Assembly (NCBI GenBank): GCA_963750165.1
Contig: CAVVPN010000002.1
Location: 1 to 34,905, forward strand
Length of the DNA: 34,905 bases
Source: an uncultured Gemmataceae bacterium
GTDB lineage: Bacteria > Planctomycetota > Planctomycetia > Gemmatales > Gemmataceae
Reading direction: 5' to 3'
Shown here: positions 1 through 9,764 of the stretch, one piece after another
Layout of the letters: each line of letters starts with the position of its first letter
Position numbering within the stretch: position 1 is the first letter of the stretch
Notes under the pieces: model-generated
What the model was told of the DNA's origin: nothing
The model's input: only the letters and a program-made list of their open reading frames with translations
The model's database searches: none
Translations under genes and position numbers: made by a program

Positions 1-15
1 GGAATTACCCCAGGA
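1..15. other. Left attachment junction of element A (attP half-site)
   Basis: GG-AA-TTACCCCAGGA: 5-15 is the reverse complement of 18072-18082, and GG at 1-2 matches GG at 18087-18088. Confidence 0.7.
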
Positions 16-265
16 GGATGCGCTGCCGGGCACCGTGGCCGTGCCTTTCACGTTCGGCCGCACGGTGTAGCGCACGACCGGCCGGGAATGGCCTCGAGAC
101 GCGCGTGTGCCGCGCCCGCCGCCACCCAACTGGTTCGTTGGCCGCCTGGCCTCGGCAACGCGGCCCAAACCGTTGTAGGCGAGCGTTACAGGGGGCCGGG
201 TTACGACCCCGACCCTGGTACAATGGTGTTTGTCGGTACGGCCGGCGGGACGCCACCGGCCTGAT

Positions 266-316
266 GAACCCGCCGTGGTGGCACCGCCCCTACTCCGGCG
301 ACCACGCGGCGGGTTC
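266..316 (+). promoter_or_regulatory. Leader hairpin upstream of the wHTH regulator gene
   Basis: GAACCCGCCG (266-275) pairs with CGGCGGGTTC (307-316), extended by TGGT/ACCA; TACAAT -10-like hexamer at 219-224. Confidence 0.35.
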
Positions 317-340
317 GCCGACTTGATGGGAGTACATGAA

Positions 341-1201
341 ATGTCTGATTTTGAAGCCGTTCGAGCCAAGAGCCTTGCAGAAGCCGCAGAGCGTCATAAG
401 CAGCAAGAAGCCGCCCGCGCACAGCAACTGGAACAGGACAGATTGAACAGGCTGTGGGACCGCGCTACCAGCGGCACTGGTCGTCTGCTACGTGAAACCG
501 AAGAGTGGGTTGTCGCCAATCCTGACGGGGAAACTCCGCCGTTTCTGGTGGCATGGTGCGAACGGCTTGCCGAATTGGTCAAGGAACTGGCCGCACGGCA
601 AATGCTGGACAAGTTGACCACACCCCCCACCGGCATTCAAGGTAATGTCCTGGACGCATGGCATTGGGCCGTGGAAATCCTGCGTGCAGCTCGAACTGAC
701 CTGAAGAGTACGGCCCAGTTACTTCGGCAAGCCGCCTGCACGGCACCGACACTCTTCATAACGCGATGGCTAGTTAGCGGATTACGTGAGCAGATTGAGG
801 GGCGCTATGCACCCGAAGTGTCGGCTGACGCCGGGACGGCATCCATTGAGGGAGATCAGCAGCACACCGCGGCCCCAAACGTATCCGACCGTTTCCCAAC
901 CGCCACCGCGGTAACACTACCGTCCCCGCCACAGCAGGAAGGCAACCCGTTGCCGTGGGGTGGGCCTGAGTGGGACGCCCAACCACCGCTGACGAGGCGC
1001 CTGCTCCGGTACATGAACGGCCGGAAATCGGTCCTGCGAAGCGATCTAGAGGATACCGTCTGGGCGGAGCGGGACATCAAGCCCCCGGCCATCCGCAAGG
1101 CGGTTCATAACGCCAACAAGTATCTTGGGAAAATCCCCGACAGCCCCCTCCTAGAGTGTGCCCAGGATGACCAAGGCAACCCCATCGTCCGCTGGGTGTA
1201 G
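341..1201 (+). CDS. Putative transcriptional regulator with C-terminal winged HTH
   Basis: ATG at 341 after GGGAG; C-terminus LTRRLLRYM..DLEDTVW..IRKAVHNANKYL resembles an OmpR-type wHTH; a repeat array follows immediately. Confidence 0.6.
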   Translation: MSDFEAVRAKSLAEAAERHKQQEAARAQQLEQDRLNRLWDRATSGTGRLLRETEEWVVANPDGETPPFLVAWCERLAELVKELAARQMLDKLTTPPTGIQGNVLDAWHWAVEILRAARTDLKSTAQLLRQAACTAPTLFITRWLVSGLREQIEGRYAPEVSADAGTASIEGDQQHTAAPNVSDRFPTATAVTLPSPPQQEGNPLPWGGPEWDAQPPLTRRLLRYMNGRKSVLRSDLEDTVWAERDIKPPAIRKAVHNANKYLGKIPDSPLLECAQDDQGNPIVRWV

Positions 1202-1210
1202 CCACGTCCT

Positions 1211-1247
1211 GTTACCAACAAGTTACCTGGCGTAACTGGGCGGTAAC
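1211..1247. promoter_or_regulatory. Four-box operator array (GTTAC x2, GTAAC x2)
   Basis: GTTACC at 1211 and 1222, GTAAC at 1232, GGTAAC at 1242; ~10-11 bp periodicity; lies upstream of the replication operon. Confidence 0.6.
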
Positions 1248-1298
1248 ACCCGACCGTTAAGCTTGCTCCTGTTCGCCCACTACCAGGAGCAAGCTACT

Positions 1299-1532
1299 AT
1301 GGCCAAATCCACCTGCGACATCCTGCCCGAGATCCCCGACCCGGAACACATCCGCCGCCGGCTTGCCGTCGTGCTGACGGAGGCGGACGTGCTCCGTGCC
1401 CAGTTGCGTGTATCAGCGCGTGGTCAACGTGAGCGCGAGCGGTTGGCCGCCGTGTTGACGAAACGTGCTCGGTCTATTCCACCGCACAACGCTACGCCGC
1501 CCGAACGGACGGAGGTAGACCGTGCCAGTTAA
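1299..1532 (+). CDS. Small helical hypothetical protein
   Basis: AGGAG RBS and ATG at 1299; amphipathic helix IRRRLAVVLTEADVLRAQL. Confidence 0.65.
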   Translation: MAKSTCDILPEIPDPEHIRRRLAVVLTEADVLRAQLRVSARGQRERERLAAVLTKRARSIPPHNATPPERTEVDRAS

Positions 1533-1695
1533 CCAACCCCTCAGCACAGAGCCGGAATCCACACCGGCCGCGGTAGCCAACTGGGTGCCGACTGACCAAC
1601 TACTTGATGCATTGGCGGATCTGCTAATTGAAGCCGCCAGGAACGGCGGCCCCGCAACAGATGATGAGAGCAAGACGGTGCTGCGACGGTCGTAG
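1522..1695 (+). CDS. 57-aa hypothetical protein (not in the ORF track)
   Basis: GGAGGT RBS at 1511-1516, GTG at 1522, TAG at 1693-1695; reads MPVNQPLSTEP...LLDALADLLIEAARN... Confidence 0.55.
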   Translation: MPVNQPLSTEPESTPAAVANWVPTDQLLDALADLLIEAARNGGPATDDESKTVLRRS

Positions 1696-1769
1696 CGCCA
1701 TGAAAGTGAATGGGCCGTTGGTGCGGCTCTCAACACACCAACGGCCCCAAACGACGAGGATTGAACCCA

Positions 1770-2180
1770 ATGTTACCTTCAAAGCGCCATCAGGGCAAGG
1801 GCGACCGCTCGGCCGCGTTCGACTACCGTACTTACCTCGATGAAGTGGTGAGACGCGGGCACTTCTTCACAGTGCCAAGGGGTTGGGCACGGACTCTCGG
1901 CCTCACCACCGCCGCGCTGGTCGCGTACCTGTTAAACTGCGGCCGCAGTTCAGCAAATGATGGCTGGATTCCGGCCTCGGAACGGTTCGTCGAAACTGGT
2001 ATCGGGATGAACGAGGACCGTCAGCGACGAATCCTGGAGTGGCTGGTTGAGGAGAGATTGGCCGAAGTGAAGCACTTCGATCGTTCGGGCATGGGGAACG
2101 TGCGGCACATTCGCATCAACACCCACCGCCTGGAGAACACGGTTCGTGCCCTCCTTCAACAGGAAGGAGGACAGCGGTGA
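1770..2180 (+). CDS. Phage replication-initiator-like winged-helix protein, copy 1
   Basis: LGLTTAALVAYLL..DGWI..ETGIG..RQRRILEWLVEERL..HIRIN pattern resembles the N-terminal wHTH of phage replication initiators. Confidence 0.6.
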   Translation: MLPSKRHQGKGDRSAAFDYRTYLDEVVRRGHFFTVPRGWARTLGLTTAALVAYLLNCGRSSANDGWIPASERFVETGIGMNEDRQRRILEWLVEERLAEVKHFDRSGMGNVRHIRINTHRLENTVRALLQQEGGQR

Positions 2181-2617
2181 TGGCTGGACGTAAGAGACAG
2201 TGCCGCAGTGGTAGCCCACGGCGCCATCGAATGTTCGACTACGAGCGTTGCCTGATGCGCCACGGCTATCAGCCTTACCGCTGCAGAACCAATTACTTCC
2301 CAATCATCACGCCTTGGCTGAGGGTGCTGGGAGTGGACGAGGTGTTCGTGCTTGGACACTTCCTCGCCCTTGCTGTGGAGGGTGACTGGATTGTAGCAGG
2401 CGGGTTCGTGCCGTGGCTCATCATGGAAGCCGATGGCCTCAGCGGCGAACTGCTGCACGGCATGGGTCTGGGGCGGATCAGAGGTGCGCTGAATCGCCTG
2501 ATAGCCCGGGGGCTTGCAGAAACGGCCAACCTGACGGTCGGCAAAGCCGCGCCGACGATGTGCGTCCGCATTGACGTGGACCGACTCGACGGCATGGCCG
2601 CTGCCCTTGAGCGTTGA
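2177..2617 (+). CDS. Phage replication-initiator-like winged-helix protein, copy 2
   Basis: GTGA overlap with the previous gene; parallel pattern WLRVLG..VLGHFL..IRGALNRLIARGL..VRIDVDRL. Confidence 0.55.
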   Translation: MMAGRKRQCRSGSPRRHRMFDYERCLMRHGYQPYRCRTNYFPIITPWLRVLGVDEVFVLGHFLALAVEGDWIVAGGFVPWLIMEADGLSGELLHGMGLGRIRGALNRLIARGLAETANLTVGKAAPTMCVRIDVDRLDGMAAALER

Positions 2618-3333
2618 TGGGGGCCATCAACCTGGGGGCGGCCGCCGTCCAGGCCGCCCCCGTCTCTGCCTACGCCAGATTGCTGCGAAGGGGAAACGCC
2701 GCTGAAGTAATTCACCCCTTCCACGTTGAGCCGGGGGACAAGGTCGTGCTGTTGTGCCGTGTATCGAGTTGTCAGCAGGGGAAGTCCGGCAACCTGCTGG
2801 GGCAGGAACTGCATTTACGGCGTGCCGTGGAGCTACGTGGGGGAGTCGTGGTCGGTGTCGTCAAACACGAATGGTCGGGGCGCGGGCCGGAATGGCTGGG
2901 GAAACTGGCCGCGGCCTGCAACGAAGCACGGAGGCTAGGTGCTACCGTGCTGGCGGTTTCAACGGATCGGTTCATCCGAAGTCGTTACTTCAAGTCTACC
3001 AAAAGGCGCCAATGCCAGGCCCAAGCCCAGCAGCACGACCTGATGGATTTGGCATTGGCCGCGAACGGCGTGCGATTGATGACGTTACTGGACCCGGACG
3101 CGCCACCGGTTGTATGTCGGTCACTGCTGGTCAGGTGCGGCCAGGGCAGTAAGGGCCAGAAGGGGGGCAGACCACGAAAGCCCGACGGGACGCCAGGCTA
3201 CCGGAAGCGCCGGCGCGAGGAACTGCTGCCGCGCGTACTGGAGTTGCGGGGACAGGGGGAATCACTGGGGCGAATCGCAAAGCTGACCGGACTGACCAAG
3301 AGGCTGGTGCAAGAGTGGGTGGGACGGAACTGA
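2614..3333 (+). CDS. Small serine recombinase (resolvase/invertase family) with C-terminal HTH
   Basis: LCRVSSCQQ catalytic Ser motif, EWSGR, TDRFIRS, GGRP linker, HTH SLGRIAKLTGLTKRLVQEW. Confidence 0.8.
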   Translation: MMGAINLGAAAVQAAPVSAYARLLRRGNAAEVIHPFHVEPGDKVVLLCRVSSCQQGKSGNLLGQELHLRRAVELRGGVVVGVVKHEWSGRGPEWLGKLAAACNEARRLGATVLAVSTDRFIRSRYFKSTKRRQCQAQAQQHDLMDLALAANGVRLMTLLDPDAPPVVCRSLLVRCGQGSKGQKGGRPRKPDGTPGYRKRRREELLPRVLELRGQGESLGRIAKLTGLTKRLVQEWVGRN

Positions 3334-3592
3334 CGAGGACCGTACCGTTTTGGCCCCGGAACGACCCAGGCCGAATGCGTTGCGCGTGGGAATTTACTGG
3401 GGAAACGTGCTGACAGGGTGCGGCTACTTGAATGGAAAACCTATACAACAGAACGCCCATGCGCACCCCTCAGAAGCCGCCCAGAACACCACTAGCAAGG
3501 TTAACGCGGCCGTGGCCGGGGATGGGTGTACCCAGAACCCATGCACGCCCCGCAAACCGAGACAGACGGAGATGGGGGTCGATCGATCAGGG

Positions 3593-3636
3593 AGCTACAC
3601 AACTACAGTTACCTTATCCCGAAGTTACAAGTTACA
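3593..3636 (+). repeat. Short (C/T)TAC(A) tandem-like repeats
   Basis: gCTACA, aCTACA, GTTACC, GTTACA, GTTACA clustered in an AT-richer patch upstream of a small HTH gene. Confidence 0.4.
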
Positions 3637-3648
3637 GGGAGTTCGACA

Positions 3649-3813
3649 GTGACAACCCAGGATTGGCTCAACGGGTGGATTGAGAAAGCGCGGGAGCTTC
3701 ACTGGAAGGGCTGGAGCCACCGCCGGATCGCTAAGGCCCTGTTCGAGCAAGGCGTCGGCGTCAGCCTCCCCACCCTGCGACGGTGGACGGCTACTGCCAC
3801 AACCAAGGAGTAG
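3649..3813 (+). CDS. Small HTH DNA-binding protein (54 aa)
   Basis: GGGAG RBS and GTG at 3649; ARELHWKGWSHRRIAKAL..VSLPTLRRW. Confidence 0.65.
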   Translation: MTTQDWLNGWIEKARELHWKGWSHRRIAKALFEQGVGVSLPTLRRWTATATTKE

Positions 3814-3818
3814 AAAAC

Positions 3819-4547
3819 ATGAACGTGACCGAATGGATCGCTGACTTCGATAAGCGTGCGACCGAGGCCCGCAAGGCGCTGGCGTTCGTCTTCCAGTTGG
3901 GCGAGTGCCCACCGCCCCGCACGGCCCAAGACGTGGAAGCCCTGCTTCAATTTCGCACGCGACTGCAGCTCAACGGCCCGGCCGATGAGCAGGCCATTCA
4001 TAAGGCCGCAAGGCGTGCCGCCGAATGGGAACAGGGGCAAGTGGCCCTTGTACTGGAACAGTCCCTCACGGCCGGGGAACGCGCCCTGCTGGGCGACAAC
4101 ACCGGGACGGTCATCGCCGGCGACCTGCTCAAGGAGGCCACCGGCATTTACGACCCTGACCTCGGCGCGGCGATGGCCCTGCTGCTTTCCGCCCTTCCCA
4201 CTGACCACCCCGCCATGCTCCAGCCTGACCAGTGCTATCGGCTGGGGTGGCATAAGGTGCCGGCCTTGGTGCTGGGGCCGCCCGCCTGGACGGCTCCCGG
4301 CAACTTCGGCACCCACTACCAGGCTCGGGCTTGGTATCACGTCGCCACCGCCATTGAAGTCACCCGGCGGTGGCAGGAAAAGCAGTTGGAGCGGCAGGAG
4401 GCCGAACGGCGGGCCGAGGAGTACCGCCAGCAGACCGAGGAAGCCCGGTTCGGCCTCCAGCTGGAGGCCGACCCGCACCACCGCATCAACCAGCTGCAAG
4501 CCCGGGTGCGGGAACTGGAAGGCCAGGTGCCCACGACCGCCAAGTGA
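3819..4547 (+). CDS. Hypothetical protein with C-terminal coiled coil
   Basis: AAGGAG RBS, ATG at 3819, coding-like composition, Q/E/R-rich C-terminus. Confidence 0.7.
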   Translation: MNVTEWIADFDKRATEARKALAFVFQLGECPPPRTAQDVEALLQFRTRLQLNGPADEQAIHKAARRAAEWEQGQVALVLEQSLTAGERALLGDNTGTVIAGDLLKEATGIYDPDLGAAMALLLSALPTDHPAMLQPDQCYRLGWHKVPALVLGPPAWTAPGNFGTHYQARAWYHVATAIEVTRRWQEKQLERQEAERRAEEYRQQTEEARFGLQLEADPHHRINQLQARVRELEGQVPTTAK

Positions 4548-4596
4548 TGTCCACCGAACATATCCAACGTACAACCTTGAACCCAGGGGAAATCCC

Positions 4597-5514
4597 ATGA
4601 ACCATAAAGCACTGATTGACGAAATGGACCGGCGGTGCGACGCAATCATCCGCGCCGTCCGACGGGGCAGCCTGACACCGAACAACGCCTCCAAATTCGT
4701 CGGCCGCCGGGGCTGCCGCATGCTGACCAAGACGCAGACCGAGGCGACCGTATTCAACCAGGACAACTACGCGGTCTTCACTGTGACCACGGCGGACATT
4801 GACCGAGACGGCGATGTCGTGCTACCGCTGGGTATTCAAACCCGCAACTACGCCCGCAACCCTGTCTGGTTCTTCGGCCACCAGTCCCACCCCCACCCCA
4901 TCGGGCGGTGTGTGGGGCCTGACAGACGGCTGGCGTGGTGGGCGTCGGACGAGATCGCCAAGGCCGGCTGCCTGTTCGACGCCGCGGACCCGGACGCCAT
5001 GTTCGTCTGTGACAAGGTGAAACGCGGCTTCCTCAACGCCACGTCCATAGCCTTCGTACCGATCAAGGCCCGCCGTCGCGACGGCGCCAGCAAGGCACAC
5101 CAGCACCACGGCGACGGCCCGGTGGTCGGCGGCTGGCTGTTTGAGGCCGTGGACCTGACGGAAATCTCCATCGTAGGCGTGCCATCCAACGCCGGGGCCA
5201 TCCGGGACAGCCTGGACCGGGAAAAGGCGTTCATCAGCCCTGCACTGCAGAAGGCACTGGCGCCCTACGCGGCCGCAGCCAAGGGCAGGAGCTTTTCCGG
5301 CTGGCGCCCGCAGTGGGAGGGCAGGCACACCAAGACGGCCACGCCCGCCACGGCACCGGCGGGCGGCATTGACCGCTACACCTACGAGCGGGTTCGCCAG
5401 GTTCTTGATCACGTAGAGCGGGCGGCCATCCTCAACGAGGTGGCGACGAAGCTGGACCGGATGCTGGCCAGCCTTGACCAGATACCCGAGGCGCAACCGC
5501 TTGGGGCGGGCTAG
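4597..5514 (+). CDS. HK97-family prohead maturation protease
   Basis: DRDGDVV, NPVWFFGH (His), PIGR, ATSIAF (Ser), LTEISIVGVPSN motifs; the real start is probably 4597 rather than 3856. Confidence 0.88.
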   Translation: MNHKALIDEMDRRCDAIIRAVRRGSLTPNNASKFVGRRGCRMLTKTQTEATVFNQDNYAVFTVTTADIDRDGDVVLPLGIQTRNYARNPVWFFGHQSHPHPIGRCVGPDRRLAWWASDEIAKAGCLFDAADPDAMFVCDKVKRGFLNATSIAFVPIKARRRDGASKAHQHHGDGPVVGGWLFEAVDLTEISIVGVPSNAGAIRDSLDREKAFISPALQKALAPYAAAAKGRSFSGWRPQWEGRHTKTATPATAPAGGIDRYTYERVRQVLDHVERAAILNEVATKLDRMLASLDQIPEAQPLGAG

Positions 5515-5640
5515 CCGGGCGGCCGAGGCCGATTGCTGCGCCGTGCTTAGCGTATGCCGCGCCCCGCCAGACCGGGCCGGGAACTTTGCCGCCTACGTTT
5601 AGGAGGCACGTTGTACACCGTTTTACACGGTTTGAGGTAA

Positions 5641-5673
5641 CGGCGACCGTACCCAGGGCGGGCACGGTCGCCG
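5641..5673. terminator. Hairpin between convergent genes
   Basis: Perfect 10-bp stem CGGCGACCGT / ACGGTCGCCG with a 13-nt loop; no clear U-tract. Confidence 0.4.
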
Positions 5674-5745
5674 GAAAGGTGTTTGCGGCGGTTTGTGGAA
5701 CTATCCGGGTGCCGGCAGGAGTGAAGGGGTATGGTCGCGGTTCAA

Positions 5746-6279
5746 CTACGAGCCTTTGGATTCGGCCGCCTTTGCCAACTTCGTCAGCTCCTGCAACTGC
5801 TTCTGCGTGAGCTTCGCCGGTTCGCCGCGCTGGCCCTTCTTGCCGGCAAGCAACTGGATGCGGACCGTGGTCATGGACAGGCCCTCGGCCCCAAGGGCGA
5901 CCAGCGCGGCGTGCGCCCCCTTGGGGGTGAAGCCCCCGGCCTTGCCCATGGCACGCAGCACGGCGGTAGCGGACTGTTCGTACACCGTGAAGCGGTTGGC
6001 CTTGGTGCTAGCCGACTCGCCTGCGCTGCTCGCCTCACCTGTGGTGTCCGGTTCGGTGCCGGTGGCGTTCTCGGCGGCTGGCTCGGTGGCGCCGGCGCCC
6101 TCAACGGCTGGCTCGCTGGAGCCCTCAAATTCCTCCACCAATTCACGGATGTACTCGTGGTCCACCTGGCCGGCCCCGGCCAGGCGGTCGTTGACAAACT
6201 TGAGGCAGCCTTTCTTCACCGGCTTGCCGGTGATTTCCTTGAGCTGCTTGGCGGTGATGGTGGTTTTGGCGGTGGACAT
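5746..6279 (-). CDS. Hypothetical Lys/Ala-rich protein, possibly DNA binding
   Basis: AAGGAG RBS before ATG at 6279; basic termini with an acidic linker. Confidence 0.65.
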   Translation of the reverse strand: MSTAKTTITAKQLKEITGKPVKKGCLKFVNDRLAGAGQVDHEYIRELVEEFEGSSEPAVEGAGATEPAAENATGTEPDTTGEASSAGESASTKANRFTVYEQSATAVLRAMGKAGGFTPKGAHAALVALGAEGLSMTTVRIQLLAGKKGQRGEPAKLTQKQLQELTKLAKAAESKGS

Positions 6280-6470
6280 GGGTTCGGCTCCTTGTGGTCG
6301 TGCGCCTGCCACAACGGCAGGCTTGTACCAAAACCATATCCGCGTCACACCAGACGCGCAAGCGATACGCGGTGACAGATGGAAAGGCGGACAGACAGCA
6401 ATTCAGGCGTCGCCGCCGGGCGGCAGATCAAAGCAGATTGACGGTTTGGCTCTACGAGAGGAGGTGCAAT

Positions 6471-6881
6471 TTGATAGGTCACGGGGAGAAGTTGTCCAGA
6501 AGGATGGAGGCTGCCATCACGGCGCTGTTGACCGAGCCGACGTTTAGCGGCGCCGCGGCCAAGGCCGGGGTAGGCGAAGCGACGTTGCGCAGCTGGCTGC
6601 GGCAGCCGATGTTTGCCGACGAGTACCGCAAGGCACGGCGGGCCGCACTGGAAGCCGTAATCGGCCAGATGGCCCGGGCCAGCACCAGGGCTGTCCGCTG
6701 TTTGGAGCGGAACCTGCGTTGTGGGGTGCCGGCCGTGGAGGTGAAGGCGGCCCAGGCCCTCGCCGACCTGGCGCTACGGGCCGCGGCGCAGGATGAACTG
6801 GAGCGCCGCGTTGCGGAGTTGGTACAGAAGCTCAGCGCAGGCGAACAGAACCCCTGGGGAGTTAGAAATGAATCTGCGTAG
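6471..6881 (+). CDS. HTH protein, candidate small terminase / packaging-redirection factor
   Basis: GGAGGT RBS and TTG at 6471; GHGEKLSR..AITALL.EPT..AAAKAGVGEATLRSWL HTH followed by helical segments; TerS role is inference. Confidence 0.55.
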   Translation: MIGHGEKLSRRMEAAITALLTEPTFSGAAAKAGVGEATLRSWLRQPMFADEYRKARRAALEAVIGQMARASTRAVRCLERNLRCGVPAVEVKAAQALADLALRAAAQDELERRVAELVQKLSAGEQNPWGVRNESA

Positions 6882-7200
6882 CCTCTTGCGCAAGCTCGAA
6901 AAGCTGGCGGCCGAGGCCGCGGCTGCAACTCCGCCACGGCGGCCGACGCTGGAGGAGTTCCGGCAACTGCCGCTGGAGGAGCGGATCAACATTCTCAGAA
7001 CGCCGGAACTTTGGTCGGGACGGCGACCGGGGATGAACGCGCCTGCCTCCCGGGTCCCCTTGGACCAGTTCCGCCGTCTGCCGTTAGAGGTGCGGAAGCG
7101 GCTGCTAACCTCTCACCACCTGTCCCGGGAAGAGTTTGACGACGCATGCCGAGGGGAACTGGCGAAGCCGCAAACGCCCTCCGCCACGGAGGAAATCTGA
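6868..7200 (+). CDS. Hypothetical protein with internal repeat
   Basis: Overlaps the previous gene; LEEFRQLPLEER / LDQFRRLPLEVR duplication. Confidence 0.65.
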   Translation: MNLRSLLRKLEKLAAEAAAATPPRRPTLEEFRQLPLEERINILRTPELWSGRRPGMNAPASRVPLDQFRRLPLEVRKRLLTSHHLSREEFDDACRGELAKPQTPSATEEI

Positions 7201-7284
7201 CAGCATTGATCTCGCCCGTCGTTTACGTGTCCGAATCGATCAGCTGATTGAAATCAGCTGTAGGCAATCATGTAAGAGGCAACC

Positions 7285-9163
7285 ATGTTCACACCAGGCT
7301 ATTTGACTCGCGAGGAAGCCGAACAGCTGAACGCCCTGCAAGCGCTGGTCGGCCGGTTGCTACGCCAGAGGGACGCCGTGCAGCCCCCCGCCTACCAGGG
7401 GGGCACCTACGGCGGGGAAGGCCACGGCGTTACCCACAACACCCCATTCCACGCCATCATTACCGCCGGTCCCAACTCCAATGGACTCTATAGCTGGAAA
7501 CAAGTCATTGCCTACAGCTACGGACACGGTTACTGGGGGGACATCGGTGGCACGGCCACCCTGGCAACGGGTCCGGCTGACGGGGACGGTAGTGGGGGGC
7601 TGATCGGTGACATGGACAACATTCACCCAGCCTACGAGGCCAATGATAATATTGTGCCGGTGAATACGGTGGTGCAGATGCGGCGGGCCTGTATTGATAC
7701 CAGTGGTTCGGATTTGGACTGGATGTATGTGTTTGATGCGCCCGGTGGGCAATCCACCACCCAGGTCGGGCCTTTGATTTTAGACACCAGCACCACTACC
7801 TACAACGCGCCAACCACCGTGAGCACAACCACGCTCACCGGCGCCGTGCCCGGGAGCGAGTCGCCGGGGTTCGGCACCGCGGACCTGACCCGGGCCACGC
7901 TAACGGACGGGAGCACGGCGGACATCGGCAAGACGGGGTTCACGCTTACCAACGTGACGCCCGGCAGCCAGACGAGCCAGTACAGCGTCACGGTGACCAG
8001 CGCCGGCACGCTGGTCACCCCGGTGACCGTGACGCCGACCGGCCAGACGCTCACCGGCACCACGGCCGCCACCAGCACCGTCACCCCGGCGCTGTCGCAG
8101 ACCATGACCAGCATCGGCACCCCGGCCGGCGGGTTCGGGCTGTCCGACCCGGTGACGCTGACGCCAACGACGGGGCCGGCCGTCCCGGTGGCGAACGTCG
8201 CTTACTCCTTCGCCACCGACGCCACGGCGGCGTCCTACGACACGCAGCTGCAGTACAGCATCACGGACCAGACGGCGACCACGGCTTACTTCACGGTGGT
8301 CAGCACGGCGGGCGTCGTGGTGAACACGGTCAAGGGCCAGCTGACCGGGGCTTCGACCAGCAGCCTGAGCGTTGCGCCAACGGGCTACATCACCGCGGCC
8401 ACGGTCACGGTGACGGGCGTGCCGACGTTCCCGCTACCGGTGGGCACGCTGGTCTACAACGAGGTTGATGACGTGTTGCTCATCAGCAAGAGCGCCGTCT
8501 CGCCCGTCTACTCCGAGTTCGACCCGGGGAGCGGAGGCGGGGGGGGGTATCACGGGTACGCTGACCGGCGGCATGGTGCCAGTGGCCAGCGGCAGCAGTA
8601 CGCTAACCAACAGCACCGCCGGGGATGACGGTAGCAGTTTCTATCTGTTCAAGGCGCTGGGTCTCAACCAGGCGGGTAGCCCGCCCAGCTTCAGCAGCGC
8701 CGGCTCACAGACGGACGACGCCGCCCTGGGGGATGTGGCCTGGGTCGGGCTGAGCGGCGTTGACACGGACTGGACCGGCGTGGAGGCGCCGCCGGCCGGG
8801 GAGACGCGGGTCTACTGGTGCGTCATCACCGCCGCCGGCGTGACGTGGACCCTCAAGCACAACACCGGCAGCAGTCTGGGGAACAGGTTCGACCTGCCCG
8901 GCGGCAAGGACGTGGTAGTGACCGCCGGCGTGGTGTTCGCCATCGTCTACAACACGACGGCCGGCGGCGGCTTCGGTGCCTGGCAGGTGATGACGGCCGT
9001 GGCCCCGCGGCAGACGCCGGCCGGGGTAACCGGCCTGGCGGCGGCCGGCACGGGGACGGCCCTGAAGGACGACAGCACTTCGACGGGCGGCGTCGGCAGC
9101 ACGGCGGTCACGTTCGGCGACGTGGTGGCGGCGCTGAAAGCCTTGAACATCTTGCCGCAGTGA
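7285..9163 (+). CDS. Tail-fibre/virion adhesin-like protein (~625 aa), frameshift at G9 run
   Basis: Thr/Gly/Val-rich beta-type sequence; ORFs 7285-8628 and 8465-9163 join at a Gly linker if the G run at 8539-8547 loses one base. Confidence 0.55.
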
Positions 9164-9164
9164 A

Positions 9165-9575
9165 TCAGCGCCCTGCTTCGGCCAACCAGCGGTCGCCCCA
9201 CTCGTTCTTGACACTGTGTTCGGTCACCCGGCCATCGCGCAGTACGTAGAGGATGTCGTTGAGCCGGCGGCTGCCGTCCCGGTCAGGCTCGATCTTGTAC
9301 CAGACGGAACGTACGACCTGGACGCGGCCGCCGGGCCGAACCCTGAGCCGGGCGGCGAGCCGGCCGTCCAGGTCGTGCGGGCCCCAGGCGACGAACCGCG
9401 CCCCCTCGGCGCTGAGGTAGTCGGCGACGGCCTGCTCCTCCAAAGTTTCAGGCTCCGCCGATCCAACGCGCACCGCGGGCGCCGGACTGAAGACCTGGGC
9501 GCCCGCCAGGTAGCCGCCGGCCGCCCCAAGGGCCAGCGACAGCAGCCAAGCGGCGGCAATCGTTGTACGGTTCAT
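9165..9575 (-). CDS. Exported/membrane-anchored hypothetical protein
   Basis: N-terminal MNRTTIAAAWLLSLALGAAGGYLAGA signal/TM segment. Confidence 0.65.
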   Translation of the reverse strand: MNRTTIAAAWLLSLALGAAGGYLAGAQVFSPAPAVRVGSAEPETLEEQAVADYLSAEGARFVAWGPHDLDGRLAARLRVRPGGRVQVVRSVWYKIEPDRDGSRRLNDILYVLRDGRVTEHSVKNEWGDRWLAEAGR

Positions 9576-9589
9576 AGTACACTCTGGCA

Positions 9590-9626
9590 GCAATAGAATA
9601 TTGTGATACTACAATTATATTATAGG
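9590..9626. promoter_or_regulatory. AT-rich divergent promoter region
   Basis: AATAGAATATTGTGATACTACAATTATATTATA, a strongly AT-rich patch between divergent genes. Confidence 0.5.
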
Positions 9627-9764
9627 GATGGGTCGGCTGGCCCGGCTCGGGGCGCCGTGGCTGCCGGTGGACGGCGGTGCTTTGCAGTGGCGACGGTGTG
9701 ACCGGAGGGCGCTATACTTGGCTACAGTGCGGGGCAGGCCCACATAGGATTACGTGGCGGAGAA

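Noticed and set aside
3856..4596. N-terminal extension making the protease 552 aa
   Set aside because: Overlaps the better-supported 3819-4547 gene in another frame and has low-complexity composition
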